Source: Kofleriaceae bacterium (lineage in GTDB: Bacteria; Myxococcota_A; Polyangia; Haliangiales; Haliangiaceae). Taken from it: a DNA stretch of 64,000 nt. The stretch spans positions 64,001-128,000 of the forward strand of contig CBDCCZ010000018.1 of NCBI GenBank assembly GCA_965215005.1, written 5' to 3'. The notes below the pieces were generated by a model, which did no database searches, had not been told where the DNA came from, and saw only the letters and a program-made list of their open reading frames with translations. A program made the translations under genes and the position numbers. Positions 42,071 to 52,608 of the stretch are shown in pieces (positions within the stretch are counted from its first letter, which is position 1; each line of letters starts with the position of its first letter).

Positions 42071-42943
42071 ATGACCACTCCAACTTCACGCCGTATCGGG
42101 CTCGATACCGGCCTCACACTGCACGTGCTCGAGTGGCAGCCGCAGAAGAGCTGCGAGCACACCGTGGTGTTGGTTCACGGCTTTCTGGATTCGGCGTGGG
42201 GCTGGCAGCCAATGATGCAAACGGGGTTGCTCTCGCACCTGCACGTACTAGCCCCCGACATGCGCGGCCACGGCGACTCTGACTGGGTCGGCGCCGGCGG
42301 CTACTACCATTTCCTCGACTACCTCGCGGACTTGCGCTCGCTTCTTGCCCGGCTCGGCCGCACCCGCATCTCGCTCGTCGGTCACTCCATGGGCGGCACC
42401 ATCTGCGGCTACTACGCCGGCGCGTTTGCCGATGAGATCTACAAGCTCGCGCTCTTGGAGGGCCTGGGGCCGCCGCAAACGCAAACCCCTGTACCCGAGC
42501 GCGTACGCAACTGGACCGACGGTTGGCGACGAGCTCGCACCGCTGCGAGCCGCACCTACCCTTCCCTCGATGATGCGGCCGCGCGGCTGCGTCACCACGA
42601 CCCGCTCCTAGACGCTGAGCTAGCGCGCTGGATCGCTGAGAAAAGCACTGTCGCCGACACCACAGGCTTCCGCTTCAAGCACGACCCACTTCATCTCACC
42701 CGCGGTCCCTATCCGTTTCGCCTCGACGTCGCTCAAGAGTTTTGGCAGCGCGTTCGCTGCCCCGTGCTGCTCATCGACGCCGAGAAATCCTTCGTTCGCA
42801 CCGCCGATGACGAGATGCGCCGGCGAGCAGCCAACTTCAAAGCGCCCGAGCACGCGCTCTTGGCCAACGCTGCCCACATGATGCAGCGCCACCAGCCACG
42901 CGCACTTGCCGAGCGGCTCACAACGTTCCTGACCGACGACTAG
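42071..42943 (+). CDS. Alpha/beta fold hydrolase
   Basis: VHGFLD, PDMRGHGDS, GHSMGG nucleophile elbow, AHMM. Confidence 0.92.
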   Translation: MTTPTSRRIGLDTGLTLHVLEWQPQKSCEHTVVLVHGFLDSAWGWQPMMQTGLLSHLHVLAPDMRGHGDSDWVGAGGYYHFLDYLADLRSLLARLGRTRISLVGHSMGGTICGYYAGAFADEIYKLALLEGLGPPQTQTPVPERVRNWTDGWRRARTAASRTYPSLDDAAARLRHHDPLLDAELARWIAEKSTVADTTGFRFKHDPLHLTRGPYPFRLDVAQEFWQRVRCPVLLIDAEKSFVRTADDEMRRRAANFKAPEHALLANAAHMMQRHQPRALAERLTTFLTDD

Positions 42944-43062
42944 CAACTCGCCAGGCAAATCGCTAGCGGTTCACGGAGGCGTCGTACTGGTCGCCTGCCG
43001 CTAGCGCCTCGCACGCCGCAAAGGCGCGCCGGTGCTACCGGCTTGCGGTACCATCGATCGCC

Positions 43063-45855
43063 GTGGAACCGCTCGACGCCCTGCTCTGGAACAATCCCGC
43101 TTACGTCGACGACCTGTACCGCCGGTATCAGCGCGATCCATCCGCGGTCGATGCCTCCTGGCGGGCGGTGTTCGCGACCCTGGCGCGCGATCCGAGTCAT
43201 CGCGCGCCACCGCTGTTTCTCACCACCAGCGGCGGGTTGCCCGATGGTCTGCGCAAAGAGAGCCTCGAGGCCGGCATTCAGATCTACGACCTGGTGCACA
43301 CCTTTCGCGAGTACGGCCATTTGATCGCGCAGATCGATCCTCTGGGCCGCGGCGCCACCAGGCACCCCTTCCTCGATCTCGGCGCGTTTGGCTTTAGCGA
43401 AGAGGATCTCGACCAGGTCGTGCAGTGTGAAGGCTTTCACGGCGCCGAGTCCGCGACGGTTCGCGAGTTCATCGACATCCTCCGCGAGACCTACTGCGGT
43501 CCCATCGGCGTCGAGTACATGGACCTCATGGATAAGGATCAGCGCGATTGGCTGCAAGCGCGCATGGAGCCGCTGCGCAACCGTCCGCAGTTATCGAGCG
43601 CCAAGAAGCGCGCCTTGCTCGAACGGGTCGTCGCCGCCGACACGTTCGAAGAGACGCTCCATCGCATGTACCCGGGCGCCAAGCGCTTCTCTCTCGAAGG
43701 TGGCACCACTCTCGTCACCTTGCTCGATGAGATTCTCGAAGCGGCGGGCGATGACGTCGTTGAGCAAATCGTCGTCGGGATGGCGCATCGCGGCCGACTC
43801 AACGTGCTGCATCACATCCTCCGCAAGCCCATCGAGTACCTCTTGAGCGAGTTCGAAGGTCGACCGCTGGCCAGTCAGATGCAGGGCTATGGCGACGTCA
43901 AGTATCACATGGGCTATTCGTCGGACTGGACCGCCCCGAGCGGCCGCGTCCTGCATTTGTCCATGGCGTTCAACCCGAGTCACCTCGAGGTCGTCAATCC
44001 CGTCGTAGAAGGAATGGTGCGCGCCAAGCAGGCACAGCTCGGCGATGACGACCGCGCCAAAGTAGTGCCTATCCTGCTGCACGGCGACGCAGCATTTCCT
44101 GGCCAAGGCGTCGTCGCCGAGACCTTCACCCTCGCTGGGCTCGATGGCTACTGCACCGGCGGCACCGTCCACATCATCGTTAACAATCAGGTCGGCTTCA
44201 CCGCCAATCCCGACGAAAGCCGCTCGACTCGCTATGCGTCCGATCTGGCGAAGATCGTCCGCGCGCCGGTGTTTCACGTCAACGCAGATCATCCCGAGGC
44301 AGTCGCGCTGGTGGCCAAGCTCGCGTTCGGCTACCGGCAAACCTTTCACCACGACGTCGTCATCGATCTGGTGTGCTTTCGGCGTCATGGCCACAACGAG
44401 ATGGACGACACCACCTTCACTCAGCCGGTGATGGCCTCACTCATTCGCCGCCATCCCAGCGTCTCCGCTTGCTATGCGACCAAGCTCGAGCGCGCAGACA
44501 TTCTCACGGCCGCCGACACCGAGGCGATGCGGCAGCGCGTGCGCGACGGTATGCGCACGGCCCGGGAAACCGCGCGTACCATGCCGGCGCAGGTGCTTCA
44601 GCGATTCGGCGGCGCGTGGAAGGGGCTCCGCGAGGCGGGAACCGAGTGGGATGCCGACACCGCGGTTTCGGCCGAGGTGCTGCAACATATCGCCGAATCG
44701 CTGGTGCGAGTCCCCGAGGGCTGGAACTGGCACCAGCGCCTCAAGCGACTCATGGAAGAACGAGCCGCGATGGTCACCGAGGCCGGAAATCTGGACTGGG
44801 GCTGCGCCGAAGCGATGGCTCTGGGCTCGCTGCTACTCGAATCCACGCCGGTTCGCGTCTCCGGCCAAGATGCTGGCCGCGGCACCTTTAGTCATCGCCA
44901 CGCGATCTATGCCGACCTGGTGACGGGGGCGCGCCACGTGCCACTCAACCACATCGCGTCCCAGCAAGCCGCGCTCGAAATTCTCAACAGTCCACTCTCA
45001 GAAGAGGCCGTGCTCGGCTTCGAGTACGGCTATTCCACCGCGGATCCTTGGACGTTGGTGGTTTGGGAGGCGCAGTTCGGCGACTTCGCCAATGGCGCCC
45101 AAGTCATCATCGATCAGCTCATCGCCAGCTGTGAGTACAAATGGGGCCGCATGTCGGGGCTGGTGCTGCTGTTGCCGCACGGCTATGAAGGTCAGGGGCC
45201 TGAGCACTCCTCGGCGCGCCTCGAGCGCTTCCTCGAGCTGTGCGCCGAGAACAACATGCAGGTCTGCAATCTCACCACTCCGGCGCAGTACTTCCACGTC
45301 TTGCGTCGCCAGATGCACCGGCCGTTTCGCAAGCCGCTCATCATCATGAGCCCCAAGAGCTTGTTGCGTCATCCACAGGCGGTATCGCCGCTGTCGGCGC
45401 TCACCGACGGCAGCTTTGCTCCCATCATTGCCGACGATTCCATCGCCGATCACGACGACGTCGAGCGCGTGTTGATGTGCTCCGGCAAGATCTATTATCC
45501 ACTCCTACAGGCGCGGCAGGAGCGCGGGATCACCGACGTGCCTATCGTTCGCCTCGAGCAGCTCTACCCCTACCCTCTGGACGATGCGAGCCGCATCTTG
45601 GCGAGCTATCCCAATCTTCACACGCTGGTATGGGTGCAAGAAGAGCCACGCAACATGGGTGCATGGCGCAATCTGTTGCATCGCTTCGAGCAGAGCCTAC
45701 CGCCGGGCGTGGCGCTCGAGTACGCGGGTCGCGACTCGCGCGCCACCCCAGCCACCGGCATGGTCGAGGTGCATCGCAGCGAAGAAGCCGAGCTGGTCGA
45801 GCTCGCATTGACCCCCGGCCAGCACGCTCGCTTGGTGCGGCGGCGAGTCGGCTGA
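43063..45855 (+). CDS. sucA: 2-oxoglutarate dehydrogenase E1 component
   Basis: KRFSLEG, GMAHRGRLN, GDVKYH, NPSHLE, HGDAAF.GQG, GHNE.D, WEAQFGDF, LPHGYEGQGPEHSSARLERFL. Confidence 0.95.
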   Translation: MEPLDALLWNNPAYVDDLYRRYQRDPSAVDASWRAVFATLARDPSHRAPPLFLTTSGGLPDGLRKESLEAGIQIYDLVHTFREYGHLIAQIDPLGRGATRHPFLDLGAFGFSEEDLDQVVQCEGFHGAESATVREFIDILRETYCGPIGVEYMDLMDKDQRDWLQARMEPLRNRPQLSSAKKRALLERVVAADTFEETLHRMYPGAKRFSLEGGTTLVTLLDEILEAAGDDVVEQIVVGMAHRGRLNVLHHILRKPIEYLLSEFEGRPLASQMQGYGDVKYHMGYSSDWTAPSGRVLHLSMAFNPSHLEVVNPVVEGMVRAKQAQLGDDDRAKVVPILLHGDAAFPGQGVVAETFTLAGLDGYCTGGTVHIIVNNQVGFTANPDESRSTRYASDLAKIVRAPVFHVNADHPEAVALVAKLAFGYRQTFHHDVVIDLVCFRRHGHNEMDDTTFTQPVMASLIRRHPSVSACYATKLERADILTAADTEAMRQRVRDGMRTARETARTMPAQVLQRFGGAWKGLREAGTEWDADTAVSAEVLQHIAESLVRVPEGWNWHQRLKRLMEERAAMVTEAGNLDWGCAEAMALGSLLLESTPVRVSGQDAGRGTFSHRHAIYADLVTGARHVPLNHIASQQAALEILNSPLSEEAVLGFEYGYSTADPWTLVVWEAQFGDFANGAQVIIDQLIASCEYKWGRMSGLVLLLPHGYEGQGPEHSSARLERFLELCAENNMQVCNLTTPAQYFHVLRRQMHRPFRKPLIIMSPKSLLRHPQAVSPLSALTDGSFAPIIADDSIADHDDVERVLMCSGKIYYPLLQARQERGITDVPIVRLEQLYPYPLDDASRILASYPNLHTLVWVQEEPRNMGAWRNLLHRFEQSLPPGVALEYAGRDSRATPATGMVEVHRSEEAELVELALTPGQHARLVRRRVG

Positions 45856-45876
45856 CGGCTCGCCGCGGCCGTTGCG

Positions 45877-46359
45877 CTACGCAGCCGGGCTGGTCTCGGA
45901 GCTTCCCGGCGCCGCGCCGAGGTGACGCTCGAGGAGTCTGCCGAGCTCGGGCACGGCCTCGACCACGTTCTTTTTCGCCGAGCCGCGAATCTTTTGATAC
46001 GCCTTGCGCGCCGTGGTGTGACGCGTGGTCTCTGCTCGGGCGTCGGTGACCGCCAGCAGCTCTTCGGCAACGTCCTCGGAGCGGGCAGTCACCAGCTCAG
46101 CGAACGAGCCGCCGCCGGCTTGCCACTTCTCATAATACGGTTGCAGCTTCACCAGCCAATCATCGAGCAGCGCGTCGATGACCTCGGGGACGAACTGCTT
46201 CTTGATCGCCTTGATGCTGCCGTACGCGCCCTTGATGGCGAGTCCAGACAGGCCGCTCTTGGCGCGAACCTGCGCATCCACGAGCGTCACGCATTCTGCG
46301 ATCACGCGCGAGCGCGCTGGCTCGCTTCCAAGACGCTCTTTCAAGCTCTGCTCGGACAT
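45877..46359 (-). CDS. DUF6918-like helical protein
   Basis: [38 protein letters not shown] pattern recalled for this family; purine-rich SD. Confidence 0.65.
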   Translation of the reverse strand: MSEQSLKERLGSEPARSRVIAECVTLVDAQVRAKSGLSGLAIKGAYGSIKAIKKQFVPEVIDALLDDWLVKLQPYYEKWQAGGGSFAELVTARSEDVAEELLAVTDARAETTRHTTARKAYQKIRGSAKKNVVEAVPELGRLLERHLGAAPGSSETSPAA

Positions 46360-46429
46360 CGGATTCCCTTCCTGTTGCTCTCGGTGCTCGCCGAGCACCC
46401 ATCATGGGCACGGCCATCGGCGCGCGGCG

Positions 46430-47014
46430 TCATAGCTCAAATCCATATCGTTCACACCGGCGACGCATCTGCATTTGGTCGCGCTCCGGCAGTCGCTCGT
46501 TGTGCGCCTTGGCCACCTCGATCTCACCCATCATGCACGCCGAGGATACGACGACGCGAAGCATACGGCTGTTCTGGGGCTCGCGCTCTAGGAGCTCGAG
46601 CGCGGCCTCCATGGCGCCTTCATAGTCGCGGCGGTCGTAGAGCGCATTGGTTTCGTCCATCGCGGTGGTGAGATCTGCGGACGCCACTGGCTCGCCGCGC
46701 TCGATGGTCGGCGGCAAAGCGATGGCCGGAGCCTCCGCAGCGATCGACGGTGCCGTCGCATCGTCGCGCTCGTCTGAAGCGCTAGCCACGACCCGCGCCT
46801 TCGGCGAGGACTCGAAGGCCGGCGTGGTCGCGGGTGCAGGCGCTTGTTGCCGCCGCTGAAACTCTGCTTGGGCGCGGGCAAGCGCGTCAGCATCGGGCTG
46901 CATCGCGGGCTGAGCACCGACGCGAACGAGCAACACGCCGAGCGCGACGACTACCAATGCCCCGGTCAGGGGGAGCATGAAGTTGCGGGGTTGCATGACT
47001 TCGAACCTCGCCAA
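46430..47014 (-). CDS. Membrane-anchored protein with a C-terminal TPR-like domain
   Basis: TM segment, Pro/Ala linker, LYDRRDYEGAMEAALELLEREP..ACMMG; start uncertain (TTG 47014 after AGGAGG, or ATG 46996). Confidence 0.6.
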   Translation of the reverse strand: MARFEVMQPRNFMLPLTGALVVVALGVLLVRVGAQPAMQPDADALARAQAEFQRRQQAPAPATTPAFESSPKARVVASASDERDDATAPSIAAEAPAIALPPTIERGEPVASADLTTAMDETNALYDRRDYEGAMEAALELLEREPQNSRMLRVVVSSACMMGEIEVAKAHNERLPERDQMQMRRRCERYGFEL

Positions 47015-47230
47015 GCGACCTCCTTTTGTACCACGCGGCCGTTGCGCCATCCACGCCTGCTGGGCGCGGCAGCAGTGCCGCACGCCCGCGGCGGCTCGCG
47101 AGACAGCGGCCCGAATCGCCGGGGATCGCGCACCAGGACCGCTACGAGTCTGAAATGCCATGAAAACGCCTGACTAGAGCGGCTCCCGCCGACTTGGCGC
47201 CGGTGGGTGAGGCGAGTATGCTGCCGCGCG

Positions 47231-48784
47231 ATGAGACAGCTGGCCAGCTATGTCAACGGCGCCTGGTTCCGCGGTAGCGGCTCGGCGCAGACCCTCGTCA
47301 ACCCCTCCACCGAGGAGCCCATCGCAGAGACCTCCACCGCGGGCATCGATTTTGCCTCGGTCGTCGACTACGCGCGCCATAAAGGAGGTCCGGCCCTGCG
47401 CGAGCTCACCTTTGCGGAGCGAGGGGCGCTCCTCGATGCGATGGCCAAGGCGATTTCCACGGGGCGCGAAGAGCTCATCGCGCTCGCGCTGGAGAACGGC
47501 GGCAACACCCGCGGGGACGCGAAGTTCGACATCGATGGCGCCGGCGTGACGCTGGCGTACTACGCCGAGCTCGGTCGCTCGCTCGGCGATACCCGGGTGA
47601 TCGTCGATGGCGACGGCGAGCAGGTCGGACGAACCGCGCGCCTCTATGGGCAACATATCCTCACGCCGCGGCAAGGCGTGGCCGTGCACATCAACGCGTT
47701 CAACTTCCCTGCTTGGGGTCTGGCTGAAAAAGCAGCCGTGGCGCTGCTAGCAGGTATGCCGGTCGTCTCGAAGCCCGCTACCGCCACCGCGGTGGTCGCG
47801 CACCGGATGATGGAGCTATTCGTCGAGGCCAAGATTCTGCCCGACGGCGCGCTGTCGTTCCTTTGCGGCGGCGTCGGTGACCTGCTGACGCATCTTCGCG
47901 GGCAGGACGTTCTCGCGTTCACCGGGTCGAGCGATACGGCGATGAAGCTGCGCAGCGGTGAGTCGGTGCTGTCGCACTCGGTGCACGTCAACATCGAGGC
48001 CGACAGCCTCAACGCTGCGGTGCTCGGACCAGATGTCGAGCCAGGCTCGGAAACGGAGCAGCTGTTCTTCGCTGATGTCGTTCGCGACATAACGCAGAAG
48101 ACCGGGCAGAAGTGCACGGCGATTCGTCGGGTCTACGTCCCCGCCAAACGAGCGGCCGCCGTTGGCGAAGAGCTGGCGGCACGATTGCGTGAGATCGTGG
48201 TCGGCGACCCGGCGACCGAAGGCGTGCGAATGGGACCGCTGGCGACGGCACAACAGCTTCGCGACGTCCGCAGTGGCATTGCGAGACTGGCCGAGGCAAC
48301 CAAGGAAGTCATGGGCGGCTCGGGCGACATCAGCGCCAAGAGCGTACCGGCGGGAAAAGGCTACTTTTGCGGTCCTGTGCTGCGTCACACCGATGATCCG
48401 GCCAGCTGCGCTCCGCTCAACGAGCACGAGGTGTTCGGACCGGTGGCCACGATTGGAAGCTACTCGGGCAGCGCGAAAGACGCGGCGCGGCTGGTGCAGC
48501 TCGGTGCCGGCGGCTTGGTCGCTTCGGTGTACAGCGACGAGCGCGCGTTCTTGACCGAAATCGTGCCGGCGCTGGCGGCGTTTCACGGGCGGCTGTATCT
48601 GGGGTCGGCGAAGATGGCTTCGCAGTCGCCGGGCCCGGGCACGGTGCTACCGATGCTCACGCACGGCGGGCCAGGACACGCCGGCGGCGGCGAGGAGCTC
48701 GGTGGTGTTCGCGGGATGGCGCTCTATCAGCAGCGCACGGCTCTGCAAGGCGACAAAGGAATCCTCAAGAAGCTGATTGAGTGA
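47231..48784 (+). CDS. 3,4-dehydroadipyl-CoA semialdehyde dehydrogenase / PaaZ-type ALDH without a MaoC domain
   Basis: [54 protein letters not shown]. Confidence 0.88.
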   Translation: MRQLASYVNGAWFRGSGSAQTLVNPSTEEPIAETSTAGIDFASVVDYARHKGGPALRELTFAERGALLDAMAKAISTGREELIALALENGGNTRGDAKFDIDGAGVTLAYYAELGRSLGDTRVIVDGDGEQVGRTARLYGQHILTPRQGVAVHINAFNFPAWGLAEKAAVALLAGMPVVSKPATATAVVAHRMMELFVEAKILPDGALSFLCGGVGDLLTHLRGQDVLAFTGSSDTAMKLRSGESVLSHSVHVNIEADSLNAAVLGPDVEPGSETEQLFFADVVRDITQKTGQKCTAIRRVYVPAKRAAAVGEELAARLREIVVGDPATEGVRMGPLATAQQLRDVRSGIARLAEATKEVMGGSGDISAKSVPAGKGYFCGPVLRHTDDPASCAPLNEHEVFGPVATIGSYSGSAKDAARLVQLGAGGLVASVYSDERAFLTEIVPALAAFHGRLYLGSAKMASQSPGPGTVLPMLTHGGPGHAGGGEELGGVRGMALYQQRTALQGDKGILKKLIE

Positions 48785-48790
48785 TTGCGC

Positions 48791-48822
48791 AAAGAGCCGG
48801 GTGGTCGCGTCCGGCTCTTTTC
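48791..48822 (+). terminator. Intrinsic terminator, possibly bidirectional
   Basis: AAAGAGCCGG-N10-CCGGCTCTTTT directly after the stop at 48784. Confidence 0.75.
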
Positions 48823-49049
48823 AACTTGCATGCAACGCGAGGGCGAGCGGCGAGCCAGAAATCTAGCCTCGCGCAGGATGCGGCGTCGTTCTTCCGCTGC
48901 GGGGCGCCCCACCAGTGAGGCCCGACAGGATTGACTCTTGTCGTTCCGCCACAGTGTGCCGCTCCGCATCCTGGGGTATTCCCTTCATTTTGTTCGCGTC
49001 GTGCCGCGCTGCGCCATCGCGCTGCGCCGTAGCGTCGGTCGCTCTGCGG

Positions 49050-49065
49050 TGGTGTCGGCCTTGCA
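49050..49065 (+). promoter_or_regulatory. Candidate sigma-54 promoter for the BON-domain gene
   Basis: TGGTGTCGGCCTTGCA (GG-N10-GC, perfect TTGCA). Confidence 0.55.
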
Positions 49066-49125
49066 ACCAGCGTGGCCACTCGCTGAAGCAGCGAGCACAG
49101 ACACCTCCGAACAAAGGAGCGAATC

Positions 49126-51039
49126 ATGTACGAAACGAATCAGTCGGACGATCGCCGCTATCGTCCTTATCGCGAATATGAGTTTGGCTATGAGCAACGT
49201 GGATCCCGCGGCATGCCACGGCGAGAACGGCGCGGCCTTCTCCGCTCGGTTGCTCACGGGCTTGGCTCCTTTCTTCAGCGGTGGGCCAACCGCGGTGCCG
49301 AGCAGATGTATCGCGTCGGTAATTGGGCGGAGCGAGGTGGCGAGCGCGCTCAGGAGTGGGCTGAGCGCGGTGGTCATCAGCTCGAACGAATGGGTGAGAA
49401 TGGCGGCGAGCAAATCGAGCGCATGGGCGAGCGCGCCGCGCAGATGGGCGAAGGATCCATGCACGGTGAGCAGCGCCAGCGCGTTCCGGTGGGCTACGTG
49501 CGCGAGTACTACGACGAGTCGGGAAGGTATGAGCAACCGCCGATTCACTATGGCCGGCAGAGGAATGAGGGGCGCTATCGCAACTTGAGCTACGGCGGCG
49601 GGCGCGACGGAAGCGAGGGCGAAGAGCGCTTCGGCTCGAGCCGCATGAGCGGCAGCGACGACAGCGACCGCTCCTACAGCCGCGGCTACGAAGGCTACGG
49701 CTACGGCCGCGACCAGCGCTTCGGCTCGAGCCGCATGAGCGGCAGCGACGACAGCGATCGCTCCTACAGCCGCGGCTACGAAGGCTACGGCTACGGCCGC
49801 GACCAGCGCTTCGGCTCTAACCGCATGAGCGGCAGCGACGACAGCGACCGCTCCTACAGCCGCGGCTACGAAGGCTACGGCTACGGCCGCGACCAGCGCT
49901 TCGGCTCTAACCGCATGAGCGGCAGCGACGATAACGACCGCTCCTACGACTACGGCATCGGCTCGCAGTCCCGCGGAGTTGGCTACGACAGAGCCGATCG
50001 CGAGCAAGAGCGCGAATTCTCGCGTCAACGTGGTCGTGAAACCGGCGGCTATAGAGCCCAGCAACGCGGCAACCAGGACCTCGATCTCGAGCGCTACGCG
50101 GAGACCGAACAGCCTCGGTTCACTCCCAACATGAGTGACGGAGGCCGCCGAGGGCAGTATGAGAGCTTCGGCTACGAAGGACGGCAACAGGGCTACGGCC
50201 AGGACTTCGGCCAGCAAGGCATCTCGGGGCAAGGCATGTCAGGACGGGGCTACGGCCAGAATCTCGGCCAGGGCATGTCAGGCCAGGGCTACGGCCAAGG
50301 CATGTCAGGCCAAGGCTACGGCCAAGGCATGTCAGGCCAAGGCTACGGCCAAGGCATGTCAGGCCAAGGCTACGGCCAAGGCATGTCAGGCCAAGGCTAC
50401 GGCCAAGGCATGTCAGGCCAAGGCATGTCGAGCCAAGGCTACGGCCAGGGCATGTCGAGCCAAGGCTACGGCCAGGGCATGTCGAGCCAAGGCTACGGCC
50501 AAGGCATGTCAGGCCAAGGCTACGGCCAAGGCATGTCAGGCCAAGGCTACGGCCAGAATCTCGGCCAAGGCATGTCGCTCTCGGGGTCCGGGCGAGACAT
50601 GAGCCAACAGCTCGGGGGACAGGACTCCAACCAGGGCGAGCAGCAGTCGTCGCTAACCGGCGTCTCCGGGCAGATGATGCGTGGCCCGCACACCGGCCGC
50701 GGCCCCAAGGGCTATCGGCGCAGCGACGAGCGCATCCGCGAGGATGTTAACGAGGCGCTATCGAGCGGGAGCGTTGATGCCAGCGACATCGAGGTCGAAG
50801 TAGACCAAGGCGAAGTGACGCTCAAAGGCAACGTCTCGCGCCGCGATTGGAAGCGGATCGCCGAAGATCTCTGCGCTGAGGTAAGCGGCGTAAGCGATGT
50901 GCGCAATGAGATTCGGGTGAAGACGGAGCAGCAGAGCACCACCGACGAAACCAAATCAAGCGTCTCGATTGGCCCCCGCATCAACGAGAAGAGCTCGAGC
51001 TTCGAAGCCCTCTCCGAGACTGTGCGCGAACGTCACTAG
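49126..51039 (+). CDS. Cytoplasmic BON-domain protein with a long G/Q/S/Y/R low-complexity repeat region
   Basis: SD AAGGAG; no signal peptide; C-terminal [22 protein letters not shown]...[26 protein letters not shown]. Confidence 0.88.
   Translation: MYETNQSDDRRYRPYREYEFGYEQRGSRGMPRRERRGLLRSVAHGLGSFLQRWANRGAEQMYRVGNWAERGGERAQEWAERGGHQLERMGENGGEQIERMGERAAQMGEGSMHGEQRQRVPVGYVREYYDESGRYEQPPIHYGRQRNEGRYRNLSYGGGRDGSEGEERFGSSRMSGSDDSDRSYSRGYEGYGYGRDQRFGSSRMSGSDDSDRSYSRGYEGYGYGRDQRFGSNRMSGSDDSDRSYSRGYEGYGYGRDQRFGSNRMSGSDDNDRSYDYGIGSQSRGVGYDRADREQEREFSRQRGRETGGYRAQQRGNQDLDLERYAETEQPRFTPNMSDGGRRGQYESFGYEGRQQGYGQDFGQQGISGQGMSGRGYGQNLGQGMSGQGYGQGMSGQGYGQGMSGQGYGQGMSGQGYGQGMSGQGYGQGMSGQGMSSQGYGQGMSSQGYGQGMSSQGYGQGMSGQGYGQGMSGQGYGQNLGQGMSLSGSGRDMSQQLGGQDSNQGEQQSSLTGVSGQMMRGPHTGRGPKGYRRSDERIREDVNEALSSGSVDASDIEVEVDQGEVTLKGNVSRRDWKRIAEDLCAEVSGVSDVRNEIRVKTEQQSTTDETKSSVSIGPRINEKSSSFEALSETVRERH
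49625..49947 (+). repeat. 90-nt tandem repeat, ~3.6 near-identical copies ([30 protein letters not shown])
   Basis: Copies begin at 49625, 49715, 49805 and 49895. Confidence 0.95.
50227..50577 (+). repeat. 27-nt tandem repeat GGCCAAGGCATGTCAGGCCAAGGCTAC (GQGMSGQGY), roughly a dozen units with variants
   Basis: Read directly; in frame within the BON gene. Confidence 0.95.
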
Positions 51040-51075
51040 ACGCGCCCACTACCGCAGAACCGCACTAGAGCGGGT

Positions 51076-51108
51076 GAGCCGATGGCATCTGCCGTCGGCT
51101 CTTTATTT
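51076..51108 (+). terminator. Intrinsic terminator after the BON gene
   Basis: GAGCCGATGGC-ATCT-GCCGTCGGCTC followed by TTTATTT. Confidence 0.8.
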
Positions 51109-51179
51109 GCGAGGCAACCGCGACCAGGCGGCAGAATCAAGCCAACGCGAGTGCGACAGCGTCCTCAACGCGTTCACAA

Positions 51180-51872
51180 TCAAGGCGCTCGCTGCTCGAG
51201 TAACGTCGAGACCTTCGTGGTCGAGGGTTGCGGGAAGAACAGATAGTTGGCGGTATGGGGCTCAGTGCCGTAGAGACTCGTATAGACACCTGCAGTGAAG
51301 CCGACTGGTGGCGCGGAGATTTCGCCAAAATCGAGGTGCGCGATGCCGTAGGCCGGCAAGATCGACACCAATCGCTGAAACCGCCGCAGCAGCGGTGCAT
51401 CGTACACTCCTGGCCGCGGCACCTCGACCACGAGGTCGCCATCTCCAGCCTCTAGAGACATTGCGGTTTGTTGGACCGCCGCGACCCTCGCCATGTGCGA
51501 GAGGCACACCCGGAGGTACTGCTCGCGGATGACTTCGCCCGCGCCAACTTCAGCGGGCATGGCCACCTCGCCATCGCGCAGCTGAACCAGGCACGGCTCG
51601 CGGCCCACGCACAGCACATAGATGTAGTCGCAGTACTCCTCTGGCCCTCCGGGACGATAGAACGTCGCGGCGCGCAGCTCGGAAGCGAGCTCCTCAGCCA
51701 AAGCGTGGCCGTCGCGCTCATCAACACCGGCGCCGAATCGCGCCAAATCATCGGGTTCGCCCCACGTGCGGCTTGGGTAAAGCCGCGTCAGCTCCTCCTC
51801 GATGCGATGAAACATGACGCCCTTGCGATCGTCACAGCCACTCTTGGACTTGCAGTTGGTGCAGCCAGCCAT
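51180..51872 (-). CDS. Hypothetical protein with an N-terminal CxxC-x5-C motif
   Basis: [26 protein letters not shown] box 9 nt upstream. Confidence 0.75.
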   Translation of the reverse strand: MAGCTNCKSKSGCDDRKGVMFHRIEEELTRLYPSRTWGEPDDLARFGAGVDERDGHALAEELASELRAATFYRPGGPEEYCDYIYVLCVGREPCLVQLRDGEVAMPAEVGAGEVIREQYLRVCLSHMARVAAVQQTAMSLEAGDGDLVVEVPRPGVYDAPLLRRFQRLVSILPAYGIAHLDFGEISAPPVGFTAGVYTSLYGTEPHTANYLFFPQPSTTKVSTLLEQRAP

Positions 51873-51919
51873 CGGTGGCAGACCCTAGCACGGCAGCAGG
51901 CTGCTACAATGGCGCCTAG

Positions 51920-52597
51920 ATGCTCGACAAAGAGCTCAAGGACATCCTCCGTCAGACGTTGCAGGCCACTGGCGCGCGCGCCGCGCGCGTGGTTCACGAT
52001 GAGCCCGCCGCCGTGGGCCACATTCGCCCGCTCGGCGCCGGCGCCTTCTTGCACGTCGAGCTCGATACCGAGCTCGAGGAGCTCGAGCCGCTTGGAGCCG
52101 CGCTCGAGCGCACCGCTCGAGCACTTCGGGCTTGCGCTCGCCGCTATGCAGTCTCCCCGGTTCCCGAAATCGCGGTGTCTCCCGGCGACAACACCCCGCG
52201 CGAACGGGTGCTCGAACGAGTAAAGGCCTACCTGAGCGCGCTCTGCAACGTTCAGTACACCCTCAACACGGCGGTGGTGCATCACGGCAACTTGGTGAGC
52301 ACCGCGCACGAGCTCGACGAGCTCCAGGAATCGCGGCTCCCCTTCCTGGTGCGTCTGGTCGACGCCGAGTCGCAGAAGCGCAGCGCCAGCTCACACGCCG
52401 ACGTCTGGGGCCAAGACTATTACGCGCGCAGCTTCTACTACGGCGCCTGCATCATCGCCTTCTTCGACGGTCCATTCGCGCTGGACTTCTTTCGCCATCG
52501 CACCCGCATGGTGGCCCGTGAGCTGTGCGCGCTGTTGCCGATGCTCGACGACCCGCCACCGAGCCCCGCCCAGATCGCGCCGCGGCCTCAAGACTGA
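51920..52597 (+). CDS. Hypothetical protein
   Basis: Clean 225-aa ORF with typical codon usage; TGC-TACAAT box 9 nt upstream. Confidence 0.75.
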   Translation: MLDKELKDILRQTLQATGARAARVVHDEPAAVGHIRPLGAGAFLHVELDTELEELEPLGAALERTARALRACARRYAVSPVPEIAVSPGDNTPRERVLERVKAYLSALCNVQYTLNTAVVHHGNLVSTAHELDELQESRLPFLVRLVDAESQKRSASSHADVWGQDYYARSFYYGACIIAFFDGPFALDFFRHRTRMVARELCALLPMLDDPPPSPAQIAPRPQD

Positions 52598-52608
52598 CAC
52601 CCCGCCGC

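Noticed and set aside
42953..43030. c-di-GMP-I riboswitch (GGCAAA...GCAAAG)
   Set aside because: No GNRA tetraloop on the stem, wrong spacing to the second motif, and a -10 box sits immediately before the sucA start.
47231..48784. paa/box aromatic degradation cluster
   Set aside because: Only the ALDH gene is present, followed by a terminator; no other paa or box genes in the window.
49625..50577. CRISPR array
   Set aside because: Repeats are contiguous, in frame and lack unique spacers; no cas genes present.
48985..50602. ORFs 48985-50232 (-) and 50135-50602 (+) with striking repeats
   Set aside because: Shadow frames of the BON-gene repeats; the BON frame has the SD, the domain and the terminator.
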